This document shows positions 27,516 to 36,771 of a stretch of DNA of 64,000 nt, piece by piece (position 1 is the stretch's first letter; the number at the start of each line of letters is the position of its first letter). The notes beneath the pieces are model-generated. The model ran no database searches. It was given only the letters and a program-made list of their open reading frames with translations, and was not told the DNA's origin. The position numbers and the translations under genes were made by a program. Origin of the DNA: a virus; IMG/VR virus record IMGVR_UViG_3300001687_001193; one strand, written 5' to 3'.

Positions 27516-27815
27516 GTGGAATATCGTGCGCGTGGACTCAGAAAATTGCTCTTTGCCGCTCTTGGTGTTGCGAAACGTGCGGCTCGATTTATACACGGAG
27601 GTCAGTGGATTGTCGCATCATCCCTCCCGGAAGAAAATCAGGAAGTACTAGTCCTAGATAGTTATAATGATTATTATTTAATGGAAATGAGAGACGGCCG
27701 GTGGTATTGTACCACAGACAATAGTCCTCATGACGATATCAAATATTGGCGCAGGCTGCCTGCTACTCCAATAGTTATCAAATTAGAGAAGTGGTCAGCA
27801 CAACTGGAGAAGTAA
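27516..27815 (+). CDS. hypothetical protein
   Basis: ORF 2 nt after the lon stop. Confidence 0.35.
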   Translation: MEYRARGLRKLLFAALGVAKRAARFIHGGQWIVASSLPEENQEVLVLDSYNDYYLMEMRDGRWYCTTDNSPHDDIKYWRRLPATPIVIKLEKWSAQLEK

Positions 27816-28081
27816 TGAAGAAGAAAGGAGACGGATATAACAAGAAACGTCGTCACGTGAAAGATAAGGAGGGCAAAGAAGTGAAAAAAAGGAAAAAGAA
27901 TGTACGTAGGTGTCCTCATTGTGGCTCTGTATTGCGGTGCCGTGGCGGCTCGGACGCTATAGGAGGCGTCTCATGGAAATGTAGAAACAAAAAGTGTGGC
28001 AGGACTGTGTGGGATAGGCGCGAAGTCCAGGCGCCCATTCCGTTGGTACCTGTCAGTTATATGGACAAAATAAGGATGTAG
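27815..28081 (+). CDS. small basic Zn-ribbon protein
   Basis: ATG after GGAGAAG RBS. KR-rich N-terminus followed by CPHCGS...CRNKKCG. Confidence 0.4.
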   Translation: MKKKGDGYNKKRRHVKDKEGKEVKKRKKNVRRCPHCGSVLRCRGGSDAIGGVSWKCRNKKCGRTVWDRREVQAPIPLVPVSYMDKIRM

Positions 28082-28082
28082 A

Positions 28083-28409
28083 ATGGATAAAGACATGTAT
28101 GGGATTTCTCAGAGGATTGAGGCTCAATTGTCCAAATTTGAGGATAGTGCGGAGGAGGCAGGCGTTAGGATTGACAAGATTAAGACATACTTACGTATGC
28201 GTATATCGCATGTTAGGAAGCTTACTCTCGTAATGAAGCGATCGGGAGATCCAATGATGCTCTCGTATATCGTCGATATACTTGAGGATATTGAAAGAAT
28301 TTCTGAGAAGCTAATTAGTGTAGATATTACTCCTAGCGGGTATAGAGAAACATCATTGGAGAGCATAACGGACAAAGAATATGACGAAATTACAGCGCTT
28401 CTTGGATAG
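28083..28409 (+). CDS. hypothetical protein
   Basis: ORF 1 nt after the upstream stop. Confidence 0.35.
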   Translation: MDKDMYGISQRIEAQLSKFEDSAEEAGVRIDKIKTYLRMRISHVRKLTLVMKRSGDPMMLSYIVDILEDIERISEKLISVDITPSGYRETSLESITDKEYDEITALLG

Positions 28410-28605
28410 TTTTCGCAACAGCGCAGTTTGGATCAGAATATGGCTGGTCTCGTTTTTAATGTTCTCGATGTCAGCGCTATTGGCGCTCATCGGGGGCCAA
28501 ACCTTTGTACTGGGATATCTTATTAGTGGCGTGGTTCTAACAGCCTTTGGCGTGTTGCTTAACCTCGCTTGTTTACAATATTATAATAAAAGAAAGAATG
28601 AGTGA
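28381..28605 (+). CDS. small membrane protein
   Basis: Two hydrophobic helices. Confidence 0.3.
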   Translation: MTKLQRFLDSFRNSAVWIRIWLVSFLMFSMSALLALIGGQTFVLGYLISGVVLTAFGVLLNLACLQYYNKRKNE

Positions 28606-28870
28606 AAGTTTTTATCATATAACATTAAAATCTACAAATAAGAAGACAGGGCCGATAGCTGTGGTTACAAGTTCCTATGATACTTGTCCCGATACGTGTC
28701 CGTTTAAGAGGAATGGTTGTTATGCTGATGGAGGTCCTTTGAGGATTCATTGGGATAAGGTCAGTGACGGCACGAGAGGTATTTCCTTCCGTGAATTGCT
28801 GACTAAATTGCGGGAACTAGGGAATGAAGAAGAGAGTGAGGTTGTTCCAGGCAGGAGATCTGCCGGGTAA
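28598..28870 (+). CDS. hypothetical Cys-containing protein
   Basis: In-frame ATG at 28598. Contains CPDTCPF...CYADGG. Confidence 0.3.
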   Translation: MSESFYHITLKSTNKKTGPIAVVTSSYDTCPDTCPFKRNGCYADGGPLRIHWDKVSDGTRGISFRELLTKLRELGNEEESEVVPGRRSAG

Positions 28871-29303
28871 GAATAACAGAATAAATTTCAAACAGATAAA
28901 GCAATTAGTGAAAGCATTAAGAAATCTCGAAGCAATGGGGTATACCCACAAGCCGGTCGACGTAGGTAACAATGCAGAGGCCATAAAATACTGTAATGAC
29001 AACGGAGTTTGTATTAATCTAAGTGCCAATAACTTGGCACACGCCGATGAACTAATGGCTCTTGGGATAGGTCCTGTATCGGTGACATTAGAGAAGGACT
29101 CTCCGCTCAAGGGCGTGACCACTCCCGGTGGTCATAGAGTAGTTGTATGTCCAGCCGTAACGACCAACGGCAAGATTTCTTGTGCTACTTGTGGCGGTCG
29201 CAAGGGTGCTCTTTGCTACCGCATAAATAGAGATTATGTTATAGGCTTTCCGGCGCACGGCAGTTCTGTCAATAAGGCGTCCGAAATAGCCCGTGGAGAA
29301 TAG
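28824..29303 (+). CDS. hypothetical protein
   Basis: ORF overlapping the upstream gene. Confidence 0.35.
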   Translation: MKKRVRLFQAGDLPGKNNRINFKQIKQLVKALRNLEAMGYTHKPVDVGNNAEAIKYCNDNGVCINLSANNLAHADELMALGIGPVSVTLEKDSPLKGVTTPGGHRVVVCPAVTTNGKISCATCGGRKGALCYRINRDYVIGFPAHGSSVNKASEIARGE

Positions 29304-29312
29304 GGAGGAACT

Positions 29313-29648
29313 ATGTCTGACATCAATAGAAGTCAACATACATATGTTATTTTCGCCGAAAGGAAAGATTCGGAATTCGGCCAATTATATCAAATTATGC
29401 GTTGCAAGATTCTCGAAGCACATAGGGATCACTTTCTGGTGGAAAGTTTAAAAAGGTATAACAAGAAATACGCAGGTGCATCTAGAGCAACTAGTGGAAA
29501 ATATAAAGGTATGCCTGTTAGAAGAATCAACAAAGGACAAGCTTTCTGTATTGTTGATGAACAGACGGGGAAGTGTCTTAGTTGGGACACTGTCCGCCGT
29601 AGGGAAGGAACATCTGATGCTCCGGGCAGAGCCCGAGGCGGAAAGTAA
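29313..29648 (+). CDS. hypothetical protein
   Basis: ATG after GGAGG RBS. Confidence 0.35.
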   Translation: MSDINRSQHTYVIFAERKDSEFGQLYQIMRCKILEAHRDHFLVESLKRYNKKYAGASRATSGKYKGMPVRRINKGQAFCIVDEQTGKCLSWDTVRRREGTSDAPGRARGGK

Positions 29649-29718
29649 GAGGTTAAATCAATTTGCTCCAACTCGGTTGTTGGAGTAGGCCAAAGCCTTT
29701 ACCGGTAAGGAGGATAAA

Positions 29719-29901
29719 ATGGCTGAGACTAGAAAGTACCGTTTCAACGATGAGGAGATTGAAGCTTCCATCGACGAGCGTCCAGAAGACGTTCGTGCGG
29801 CATGGGCCGATGTACACCCTGGCCTCGAAAATGCGGACATTTTGACCGCTGAGGATGGTAGCATCGAGTTTCGTACTCGCGCTGGAACGAAGGGCGTCTA
29901 G
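29719..29901 (+). CDS. ThiS/MoaD-like beta-grasp ubiquitin-like protein (candidate Ubl of the downstream E2-JAB-E1 set)
   Basis: Strong TAAGGAGG RBS and strong terminator directly after. Start MAETRKYRFNDEEIEA parallels ThiS MQILFNDQ. C-terminus EDGSIEFRTRAGTKGV parallels ThiS DGDQILLFQVIAGG. Confidence 0.45.
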   Translation: MAETRKYRFNDEEIEASIDERPEDVRAAWADVHPGLENADILTAEDGSIEFRTRAGTKGV

Positions 29902-29920
29902 ATAGAGAGACGCTAGGAAT

Positions 29921-29958
29921 CCCCGCCCAGATTATCTGGGCGGGGAGTTTCTTTTTTG
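29921..29958 (+). terminator. rho-independent terminator
   Basis: CCCCGCCCAG-ATTAT-CTGGGCGGGG followed by AGTTTCTTTTTTGG. Confidence 0.8.
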
Positions 29959-29968
29959 GAGACGGCTT

Positions 29969-30223
29969 ATGAACGTAGAAAAGATGTTCGACCAATTAGT
30001 TCATGTGGATTTCTTCGACGAGAAGTGTCTAGAACTCTTAAATAAAATCATGGAGCTAGATAACCCCATGAAGTTCGACGACGCGTTTGCCTCTGACGAT
30101 GACCTCGACAAGCTAGAAGATGAATTAGAGAGACTCGAGACTAGGGCACCGCAGGCTGTGCGATTCAAGCAAATAGTGCATGGTTTAGCGCCATGTAAGG
30201 TTCCAGATTTACCTTTTATTTGA
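29969..30223 (+). CDS. hypothetical acidic protein
   Basis: ORF following the terminator. Confidence 0.35.
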   Translation: MNVEKMFDQLVHVDFFDEKCLELLNKIMELDNPMKFDDAFASDDDLDKLEDELERLETRAPQAVRFKQIVHGLAPCKVPDLPFI

Positions 30224-30227
30224 GGCA

Positions 30228-31016
30228 TTGTTGATGACTACGGACACAGACCAATTAGCTTTAACGAGCTTTCATTATAGACAAATAGATTTCCTTAGGC
30301 TATTTAAGCTCGCCAGACAACTCGGGGTTATAAAAAGAAAAAGGAAGATGCCTGTCGAGTACAAAGGTGAGGACGAAAAGGCATATACTAATGCCAGAAG
30401 TGCTTGTAGAAGGTTACTTAGAGAAGTGATTAAACACACATTTCCGGGATATGAGTTAAATAGTAACTGGAATCATTATTATGTACATATCCCTGACAAT
30501 ATTAGACGGGCCCTATCTTATCTGCGCCGAAATTATGGCCGGTTAGAGCGCCACAGCGATAGGAATGTGAGAGACGTGATCGCACATTATGGGTTGCTGG
30601 TGGAGCACATAGACAGTCATATATACCCAAGTTTTCCATATCAAATAAACATACATTTGTCCTCGTCACGGCGCGGTAGATATCGCAGAGCGATGAGGAG
30701 GGCTCGTGGCAGGGCAGGAGAAGAGACTCGCCCGTCAGAGAACTTTCACAAGTGTGCCTTGGCTTGTCTTGAATACAAAAAGTTATGGGATAGATATATA
30801 GGCGAAATCGTTGACGTAGCTGAAATACTACAGAAAGAAGATGCAACGCCAAAGCCGGCCAAGAAGAAAAAGGTTGCGGAGGTACCAAATTCAGAGACAG
30901 ATATCCGGGACGCTATAGATAGACACAGAGAAACGAGGGAGGAGAGAGTAAGAAATGCTCAGAACACCTTTGATCAAGCCCTTTCTAGATATAAAGATAG
31001 GAGAGGAATGGGATAA
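30228..31016 (+). CDS. hypothetical basic protein (C-terminus ...DRRGMG)
   Basis: ATGA overlap with the E2-like gene. No recognisable motif. Confidence 0.35.
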   Translation: MLMTTDTDQLALTSFHYRQIDFLRLFKLARQLGVIKRKRKMPVEYKGEDEKAYTNARSACRRLLREVIKHTFPGYELNSNWNHYYVHIPDNIRRALSYLRRNYGRLERHSDRNVRDVIAHYGLLVEHIDSHIYPSFPYQINIHLSSSRRGRYRRAMRRARGRAGEETRPSENFHKCALACLEYKKLWDRYIGEIVDVAEILQKEDATPKPAKKKKVAEVPNSETDIRDAIDRHRETREERVRNAQNTFDQALSRYKDRRGMG

Positions 31017-31705
31017 TGAACGCTGATAAGACTGATTTAGTGGTTAAAATAAAGGCCGGTGCATCCGATGCTCACGTCTCGTTGAACAAAGATGGCATTG
31101 TGCAACACAAGACAGTATCGTTGGAAGACCTGGTGGCGCAGTTGACAGCATCGCAAAAGCTATCGACCGGGGTTTTGCCTAGAAATACTAGGTTTTTCAA
31201 CGGCACGCCTGTTAAGTACCGCATTGGGTTAGAAACGATCGCAAGGACAAGGGACTTCGGTGTTTTCTCGCGCACTAGAGAAGAAGTGGGTGAGGGCAAA
31301 AAGGTATTAAGAATACCGTTCCCACCGTGCCTGTTTGTGTTCGATGTAACATCAGGTCAAATCAGCGCCACGAAAGTATTTGCGCTCAAACATCTCATAT
31401 CTAAGAAAACGGATCATTTATATAATTTTCCGTTTGGGAATGTGTACGGTGAGGGGAGGATATGCTGGGGACAAGCTAAGATGCTACCTATAAGGGCGCC
31501 TATGAACTTGATTAGCATGATTAGTGTATTTTTTGACTCGCCGTTTAATGGCGACTTAGTAAATGAAAGAACTTTTAGATCTCCTCCTGGCGAACGTATA
31601 CCCGACTTTTGGTCGCTTGTAAATTATTTAGATGGCAAGGAAGCGTTCCCAGATAACCTGCTGTATAAATCCGCAGTATCATTGAAAACTCTCATGAAGG
31701 AGTAG
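31016..31705 (+). CDS. ubiquitin-conjugating (E2/UBC)-like protein
   Basis: YNFPFGNVYGEGRICWGQAKM parallels the UBC active-site block HPNVxxxGRICLDIL, with the catalytic Cys in RICWG. Confidence 0.5.
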   Translation: MNADKTDLVVKIKAGASDAHVSLNKDGIVQHKTVSLEDLVAQLTASQKLSTGVLPRNTRFFNGTPVKYRIGLETIARTRDFGVFSRTREEVGEGKKVLRIPFPPCLFVFDVTSGQISATKVFALKHLISKKTDHLYNFPFGNVYGEGRICWGQAKMLPIRAPMNLISMISVFFDSPFNGDLVNERTFRSPPGERIPDFWSLVNYLDGKEAFPDNLLYKSAVSLKTLMKE

Positions 31706-31712
31706 TAGCGAG

Positions 31713-33686
31713 ATGTCTAGCAAGAAAGGCAACAAAACTGGCAAAAGTCACAAAAACAGTAAGAAGGGCCGCAAATCCAACAAGAAGGATGAGGACAAGG
31801 GTCGTGCTAAGGTAGTTAAGAGTAACAAGGTGCCTGAATCCGATGGCGGCAAAAACAAGATAGCTCTCCAAAAAATGCTCGTTGGACATTACATCGAAAA
31901 TATTCCGGCGGATTCCAAGAAAAAAGTTGTATACATTTGGCAAGGAGACGGAGTGTGGGAAGTTAGAAAGCTCAGGTTGGGCACGTTCACTAGCCGCATT
32001 CACGAATTCGATACTATTGGACTCGAAAGTAACCTTAAAGAAGGTTGGGTTTTAAACGTCCCCAAGATTCCTGCGTCTCTGTTAGACGTTACTCTGTCTT
32101 TCTTCAGGAAAATATACGACAAGCATTCCAGCGAGGTTTTCTTACAATTTTTCTATGATGAGAATAAAGAAGAATATCTGGTGCACTGCCCAAAACAGCA
32201 GGTGAGTGGCGCATCTGTGAAGTACGACAGGGACGAGAAGTTTGAAACCCCAGAGAAGATTCTTGTATTTGAGATTCACAGCCATGCAAGTATGCCGGCG
32301 TTCTTTTCTGGCACGGATGATGCCGATGAAAAAGACGACCGATTCTTCGGAGTTATCGGGAAGGTGAAAGAATTTTATCCCGAAATGAAATTGCGTTTGT
32401 CGGTAGGCGGGCGTAGGCGTGAGATAGACATAGGAGATATATTCGATCTAGACGAGAGCAGCTATAACGAGGAGTCTTTCCCAAAAGACTGGGTAAAAAG
32501 GATACAAAAGCAGAAGAAAGAGCCGAAGAGAGTAAGGACATGTAGAAGGGGGCCTCCATATAGGAAATATTATGGTAGGCCGCCAGGTTCAATATATGAT
32601 CCCCGTAGCCGTACACACTTCCCGGTTCCGACAGTTGATGACCCAGACTATCCTGGTGGCGGAGGCTTCCCGCCGCATAGCGCCATTTCTGGTCGTTCAG
32701 GCGGGTGCATTATGGCCGAGTCCACACCGCACCAGACCGAGATGTTTGATAAGGAGCTTAGATCTGTTGAACCGTACAGCGAAGAACACGAGTCTTCGTT
32801 CCCAGTGTGGCCTTATGCAGGCGACGATCCAGAAATGAAAAGACTGGCTGACAGATTAGGCCTACATGATCAGAAGTCTATAGAGAGACTGATGGAAAAT
32901 TTGGGTACCGACAGTGTAGAAGATGTAAATCATTACCTAGATCAAGTTGTCGCGCATCTGGATTCTGAGTCCGATGCTCCAGACGGAGATTACCAGGAGG
33001 AGTTGCTTGCATATCTAGGACTCACAGGTGAAGAAGTGTGGGAGACAACAAATCCAGAAGAAGAAAAGGATGATATAGAGTCTAAGTATGTACAATTGGG
33101 GGACAAATATTTTTACGTGACCAGGGAGTATGGCAGGACGGTTTACAGAGAGTTGAAAGAAGAAGAAGTTCCGGAGGATGATCCTGACCCTGACTGCGAA
33201 CTATGCGATGATTCGGGCTGGTTACGTGAGGGCGTCGTGTTGTGTAGCTGTGAAACCGGTCAATATATAAAAAGACAAAGAGCAGACAAGGAAAAACGTG
33301 AATTTGGCGGCAAGACTTACGCATCCATGCTTATTCATAAGCAGGATCTTACATCAGAACAGATCACCAATTTTGCAAACTCTCTGTCGAAGCTAGAGAC
33401 AGGATGTTCTGGGGTGGTTGGCCATCTAGATTTGCCCAGTGAACGTTGGAATGTTAGAGTATACGACGAGGTCATTACAGCCGATACTTACGACTATAAT
33501 GGGGAGATTGAGGTTTTTCTAGAGAAGCTCTCTATGCCAATGGAGAAAATCGGTATATATATTTGTCCCAACGTCTCAGTAGAAATGAAAGATGAGGCAG
33601 AGGAAGAAAGGGAAGCTGATGGCGAAGAAGACAGCGAAGACCCGAGGGAAGCAATCATCAGGGACTGGCGTGGCGTCAAGTGGTAG
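31713..33686 (+). CDS. JAB/MPN+ (JAMM) metallopeptidase-domain protein with Lys-rich N-terminus and C-terminal Cys-rich extension
   Basis: FEIHSHASMPAFFSGTDD is an exact H-x-H-x7-S-x2-D JAMM motif. The N-terminus is Lys-rich. The C-terminal extension carries CELCDDSGWLREGVVLCSCETG. Confidence 0.65.
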   Translation: MSSKKGNKTGKSHKNSKKGRKSNKKDEDKGRAKVVKSNKVPESDGGKNKIALQKMLVGHYIENIPADSKKKVVYIWQGDGVWEVRKLRLGTFTSRIHEFDTIGLESNLKEGWVLNVPKIPASLLDVTLSFFRKIYDKHSSEVFLQFFYDENKEEYLVHCPKQQVSGASVKYDRDEKFETPEKILVFEIHSHASMPAFFSGTDDADEKDDRFFGVIGKVKEFYPEMKLRLSVGGRRREIDIGDIFDLDESSYNEESFPKDWVKRIQKQKKEPKRVRTCRRGPPYRKYYGRPPGSIYDPRSRTHFPVPTVDDPDYPGGGGFPPHSAISGRSGGCIMAESTPHQTEMFDKELRSVEPYSEEHESSFPVWPYAGDDPEMKRLADRLGLHDQKSIERLMENLGTDSVEDVNHYLDQVVAHLDSESDAPDGDYQEELLAYLGLTGEEVWETTNPEEEKDDIESKYVQLGDKYFYVTREYGRTVYRELKEEEVPEDDPDPDCELCDDSGWLREGVVLCSCETGQYIKRQRADKEKREFGGKTYASMLIHKQDLTSEQITNFANSLSKLETGCSGVVGHLDLPSERWNVRVYDEVITADTYDYNGEIEVFLEKLSMPMEKIGIYICPNVSVEMKDEAEEEREADGEEDSEDPREAIIRDWRGVKW

Positions 33687-34632
33687 TGTCGCTGCTGCTA
33701 CAACCGCCGCACCGGCCAAGAAGTTAGAGCCCGTTATATCATTATCCGGGTATTCTAAAATCGACAACATACTAGTACTTGGATGTGGCGGGACCGGAGG
33801 ACACTTAGTCCCACATCTAGCACGTCTTGTTAGTGTGTTAAACTCGAAGCGGTCGCGCAGCGCATACGCTTCGTTGCCTGTAATGAATCTGTTTTTAGCC
33901 GATGGAGATGTGGTAGAAGAGAAGAATCTAATCAGGCAGAATTTTATAGAGCAGGACATAGGTAAAAACAAGGCTGAGGTGCTGGGAGAAAGATACGCTG
34001 CAGCCTTTGGTATCGAAATTGGCGTTATTCCCGAGTATTTAGAACGCCTCGACAAGTTCTCTTTTCTAAAAACAATGAGTAGAAGTTATGATAACGCGAG
34101 TCTTGTGATAGGCTGCGTCGATAATAATGCCTCTAGAAAAGTAATAAACAGGTGGTTCTGCAGGAAAGACACCGGCGGATCCGACGGTCGTTTTTGGATT
34201 GATTCTGGGAACGAAGAGAACTCGGGTCAAGTCGTGTGCGGATATAATCCGCAAGAATACAGGTACGGTCAGCCGAAATTTAACCCTTTCAGAAAGGATT
34301 TGCATAGTCTATCTTCGGGCCGCCGTCGTGGAGACTTTTGTTTGCCGTGTGCAGTAGAGGTATATCCGGAGTTACTCCATATCGACGATAGCTTTAGCTC
34401 TCAAGAGAGCTGCGCCGCAAGATCACAATCGGCGCCGCAGAATATGCAGACTAATGTTACGGCGGCTGTAATTATTATGAACTTTGTGCAGAAGTTAATT
34501 ACTAGAGACCTAATAAAATCGCACTGTGTAGAGTTTGCCATCAGTAATACATTTAATACTAGGTTAAATACTGTTAAGAATTTGGAGTGTGTAGCTAAGG
34601 GGCGGAGGAAAGACTGGGAGAAGTCACAATGA
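33619..34632 (+). CDS. E1-like ubiquitin-activating enzyme (ThiF/MoeB family); start 33619 (alternative 33592) overlaps the JAB gene 3' end in another frame
   Basis: ILVLGCGGTGGHLVPHLARL is the Rossmann GxGxxG of ThiF/E1. The C-terminal region has CLPC...C Cys residues. A GAGGAAGAAAGGGAAG RBS lies before the 33619 ATG. Confidence 0.6.
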   Translation: MAKKTAKTRGKQSSGTGVASSGSVAAATTAAPAKKLEPVISLSGYSKIDNILVLGCGGTGGHLVPHLARLVSVLNSKRSRSAYASLPVMNLFLADGDVVEEKNLIRQNFIEQDIGKNKAEVLGERYAAAFGIEIGVIPEYLERLDKFSFLKTMSRSYDNASLVIGCVDNNASRKVINRWFCRKDTGGSDGRFWIDSGNEENSGQVVCGYNPQEYRYGQPKFNPFRKDLHSLSSGRRRGDFCLPCAVEVYPELLHIDDSFSSQESCAARSQSAPQNMQTNVTAAVIIMNFVQKLITRDLIKSHCVEFAISNTFNTRLNTVKNLECVAKGRRKDWEKSQ

Positions 34633-35051
34633 TTAGACTGTTGGATATCAGAGATAACGAGAAGCCGCTGGCCACAGACGAGGAGTGTGAGGTTCGTAGA
34701 AGAATCTTGATCGCTACTGGAGTCATTAAGCCAGCATTAAAGTCCGAACTAATAGAGAGAAAAGATGGAACTGTTATTTTGTCTACGCGCAGAGATAGCC
34801 GTGCCAAAAGGGAACGGCTGATCGAGCAGGGCATAATAGATCCAACGTTATATCAGTTGAGTATAGACCCTAGTCCATACACGTCCGGAGGAGAGGGAGA
34901 ATATAATCCTAGATCCATAGAATCAGAGGAAGAATATGACCGGCGTAAGAGGGCATATTTTAGAATAATGCAAGAAATCTTGAAGTCTAGGAAAGATTTA
35001 AAACTGATACTCGGCAAGAAGAGCGACAAAGACCCGGAATGGTATTTCTAA
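34629..35051 (+). CDS. hypothetical protein
   Basis: ATGA overlap with the E1 gene. Confidence 0.35.
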   Translation: MIRLLDIRDNEKPLATDEECEVRRRILIATGVIKPALKSELIERKDGTVILSTRRDSRAKRERLIEQGIIDPTLYQLSIDPSPYTSGGEGEYNPRSIESEEEYDRRKRAYFRIMQEILKSRKDLKLILGKKSDKDPEWYF

Positions 35052-35063
35052 GGAAGGTGCTAT

Positions 35064-36467
35064 ATGCTGCGTGGGGATGGACTTAAAACGGACTTATACC
35101 AATTGACTATGATCGCCGCCAGCTATTTTGTTGGCGGCAGACATAACAATAAGGCTACTTGCGAAGCATTCGCTAGGAAACTGCCAGACTGCAGGAAATT
35201 CTTAGTGATGGCTGGCACAGAGCAAATTAGGGAGTACCTATCCAATTTACGTTTTACCGCTGACGACATTAAGTTTTTGAAGGAACATAAAGAGTTGAAA
35301 TCACTCATGTCTTCTTCTAGCTTCGATAAATATCTAGAAGATTTTAGGTTTTCCGGTGATTTGTGGGCGATGGCAGAGGGCGAAATTGTATTTGCCGGTG
35401 AGCCGTTGGTTAGGGTAACTGGGACACTGCCAGAGATACATATGGCAGAAACCTATGTGCTATCTGTATTGAATCATTCAATCCATGTGGCCTCTAAAGC
35501 GGCGAGGATGGTATTGGCCGCTCGCGGCGTGCCGCTACTTGAGTTCGGCACGAGGAGAACCCATCACGAGGCTGCCTTGGACTCTGCTAGAGCGGCATAT
35601 TTGGCGGGCTTTGCCGCCACGTCCAACTTGAGGGCATCTCAAAAATACGACATACCGAGTGCAGGTACAATGTCACATATGTGGATCATGTTAAGCGAGG
35701 ACGAAGATACAGCTTTCGCGCAGTTTGCTGAGGCGTATCATAATCCTACGCTTTTAATCGACACGTATGACACCATCGAGGGCGCCAAAAAGGCGATTAA
35801 AATTAAAGGGTTGAGCGCTGTAAGGCTCGACTCTGGGGATTTTGAGAGTCTATCTAGGGAAGTCAGAAAAGTACTCGATGACGGTGGCCGTCATACTACG
35901 AAGATCGTGGTATCTGGAGATATGAATGAATATAAGATAGCGGAGCTTATGTGCAGTGACCCGCGTAAAGGCTGTCCTAGTCGGGCTCCTATAGATATGT
36001 TTGGGGTGGGCACCGAGTTGGTAGTGCCAAAAGATATACATTCGTTAGGTATAGTATATAAAGCTGTATATAACGATACAAAGAATGAGCCGGTCATAAA
36101 GTTGGCGTCTGGCAAGGTTACAATGCCGGGGGCTAAGCAGGTATTTTTATCACAAAGAGATGATGGACATTGGGAACACTTAGTAGCACTTGACAATCCA
36201 GAATACTTGGACGACGAGATGAAGGGAATGGTTCCGTTGCTTGACTGTATTATTAGTAAAGGCAAAATATGTGAAGATAACGTCGTCGACTTGGAAGTAT
36301 CCAGAAAGTATTGCAATGCCGCCCTGATAAATATGCCACCGCATTTAGGCACATTGAGCTGTGACTTGGCGGCTCCAGTGCCAGTGCGCCCACATGAAAG
36401 TGTCACTAGATTATTCCAGGAGGCGTTCGAGAGTATTGGAGCAAAACATGGAACTAATATGGGGTAG
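35064..36467 (+). CDS. pncB: nicotinate phosphoribosyltransferase (NaPRTase family)
   Basis: N-terminal LKTDLYQLTM matches the NaPRTase signature. Length of 467 aa fits. Confidence 0.65.
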   Translation: MLRGDGLKTDLYQLTMIAASYFVGGRHNNKATCEAFARKLPDCRKFLVMAGTEQIREYLSNLRFTADDIKFLKEHKELKSLMSSSSFDKYLEDFRFSGDLWAMAEGEIVFAGEPLVRVTGTLPEIHMAETYVLSVLNHSIHVASKAARMVLAARGVPLLEFGTRRTHHEAALDSARAAYLAGFAATSNLRASQKYDIPSAGTMSHMWIMLSEDEDTAFAQFAEAYHNPTLLIDTYDTIEGAKKAIKIKGLSAVRLDSGDFESLSREVRKVLDDGGRHTTKIVVSGDMNEYKIAELMCSDPRKGCPSRAPIDMFGVGTELVVPKDIHSLGIVYKAVYNDTKNEPVIKLASGKVTMPGAKQVFLSQRDDGHWEHLVALDNPEYLDDEMKGMVPLLDCIISKGKICEDNVVDLEVSRKYCNAALINMPPHLGTLSCDLAAPVPVRPHESVTRLFQEAFESIGAKHGTNMG

Positions 36468-36771
36468 CGGAGGGGCCTCAGTATTTGACTTTTACTCTCT
36501 GCATCACGTTGTATGGTTTATAGCAATTACAACAGTGCTAACAGCCATTTTTAGGAAGTGGGCTTGGCTTGCGGTACTTGCGGTCGCGATCATGTGGGAG
36601 ATATTCGAGCATTGGGTTGCGGCTAACGTCCCTGGCTTCCCGTTCGCAGGGAAAGAAGCACTAATCAATAAATTTATAGGAGACGGCATAAGCGACATAG
36701 TGGGCTTTGTAATAGGCATGCTGTCAATTAGATCTATTAAAAACTGGTGGAAATATGGAGAACGAATCTAG
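36448..36771 (+). CDS. small membrane protein
   Basis: ATG after GGAG RBS. Three hydrophobic helices. Confidence 0.35.
   Translation: MELIWGSGGASVFDFYSLHHVVWFIAITTVLTAIFRKWAWLAVLAVAIMWEIFEHWVAANVPGFPFAGKEALINKFIGDGISDIVGFVIGMLSIRSIKNWWKYGERI

Noticed and set aside
33585-33700. Programmed frameshift fusing the JAB protein to the E1 enzyme
   Set aside because: The overlap is long (about 70-95 nt) and there is a purine-rich RBS-like sequence before the internal ATG at 33619. No slippery heptamer was evident. Independent initiation is simpler, although a fusion cannot be excluded without data.
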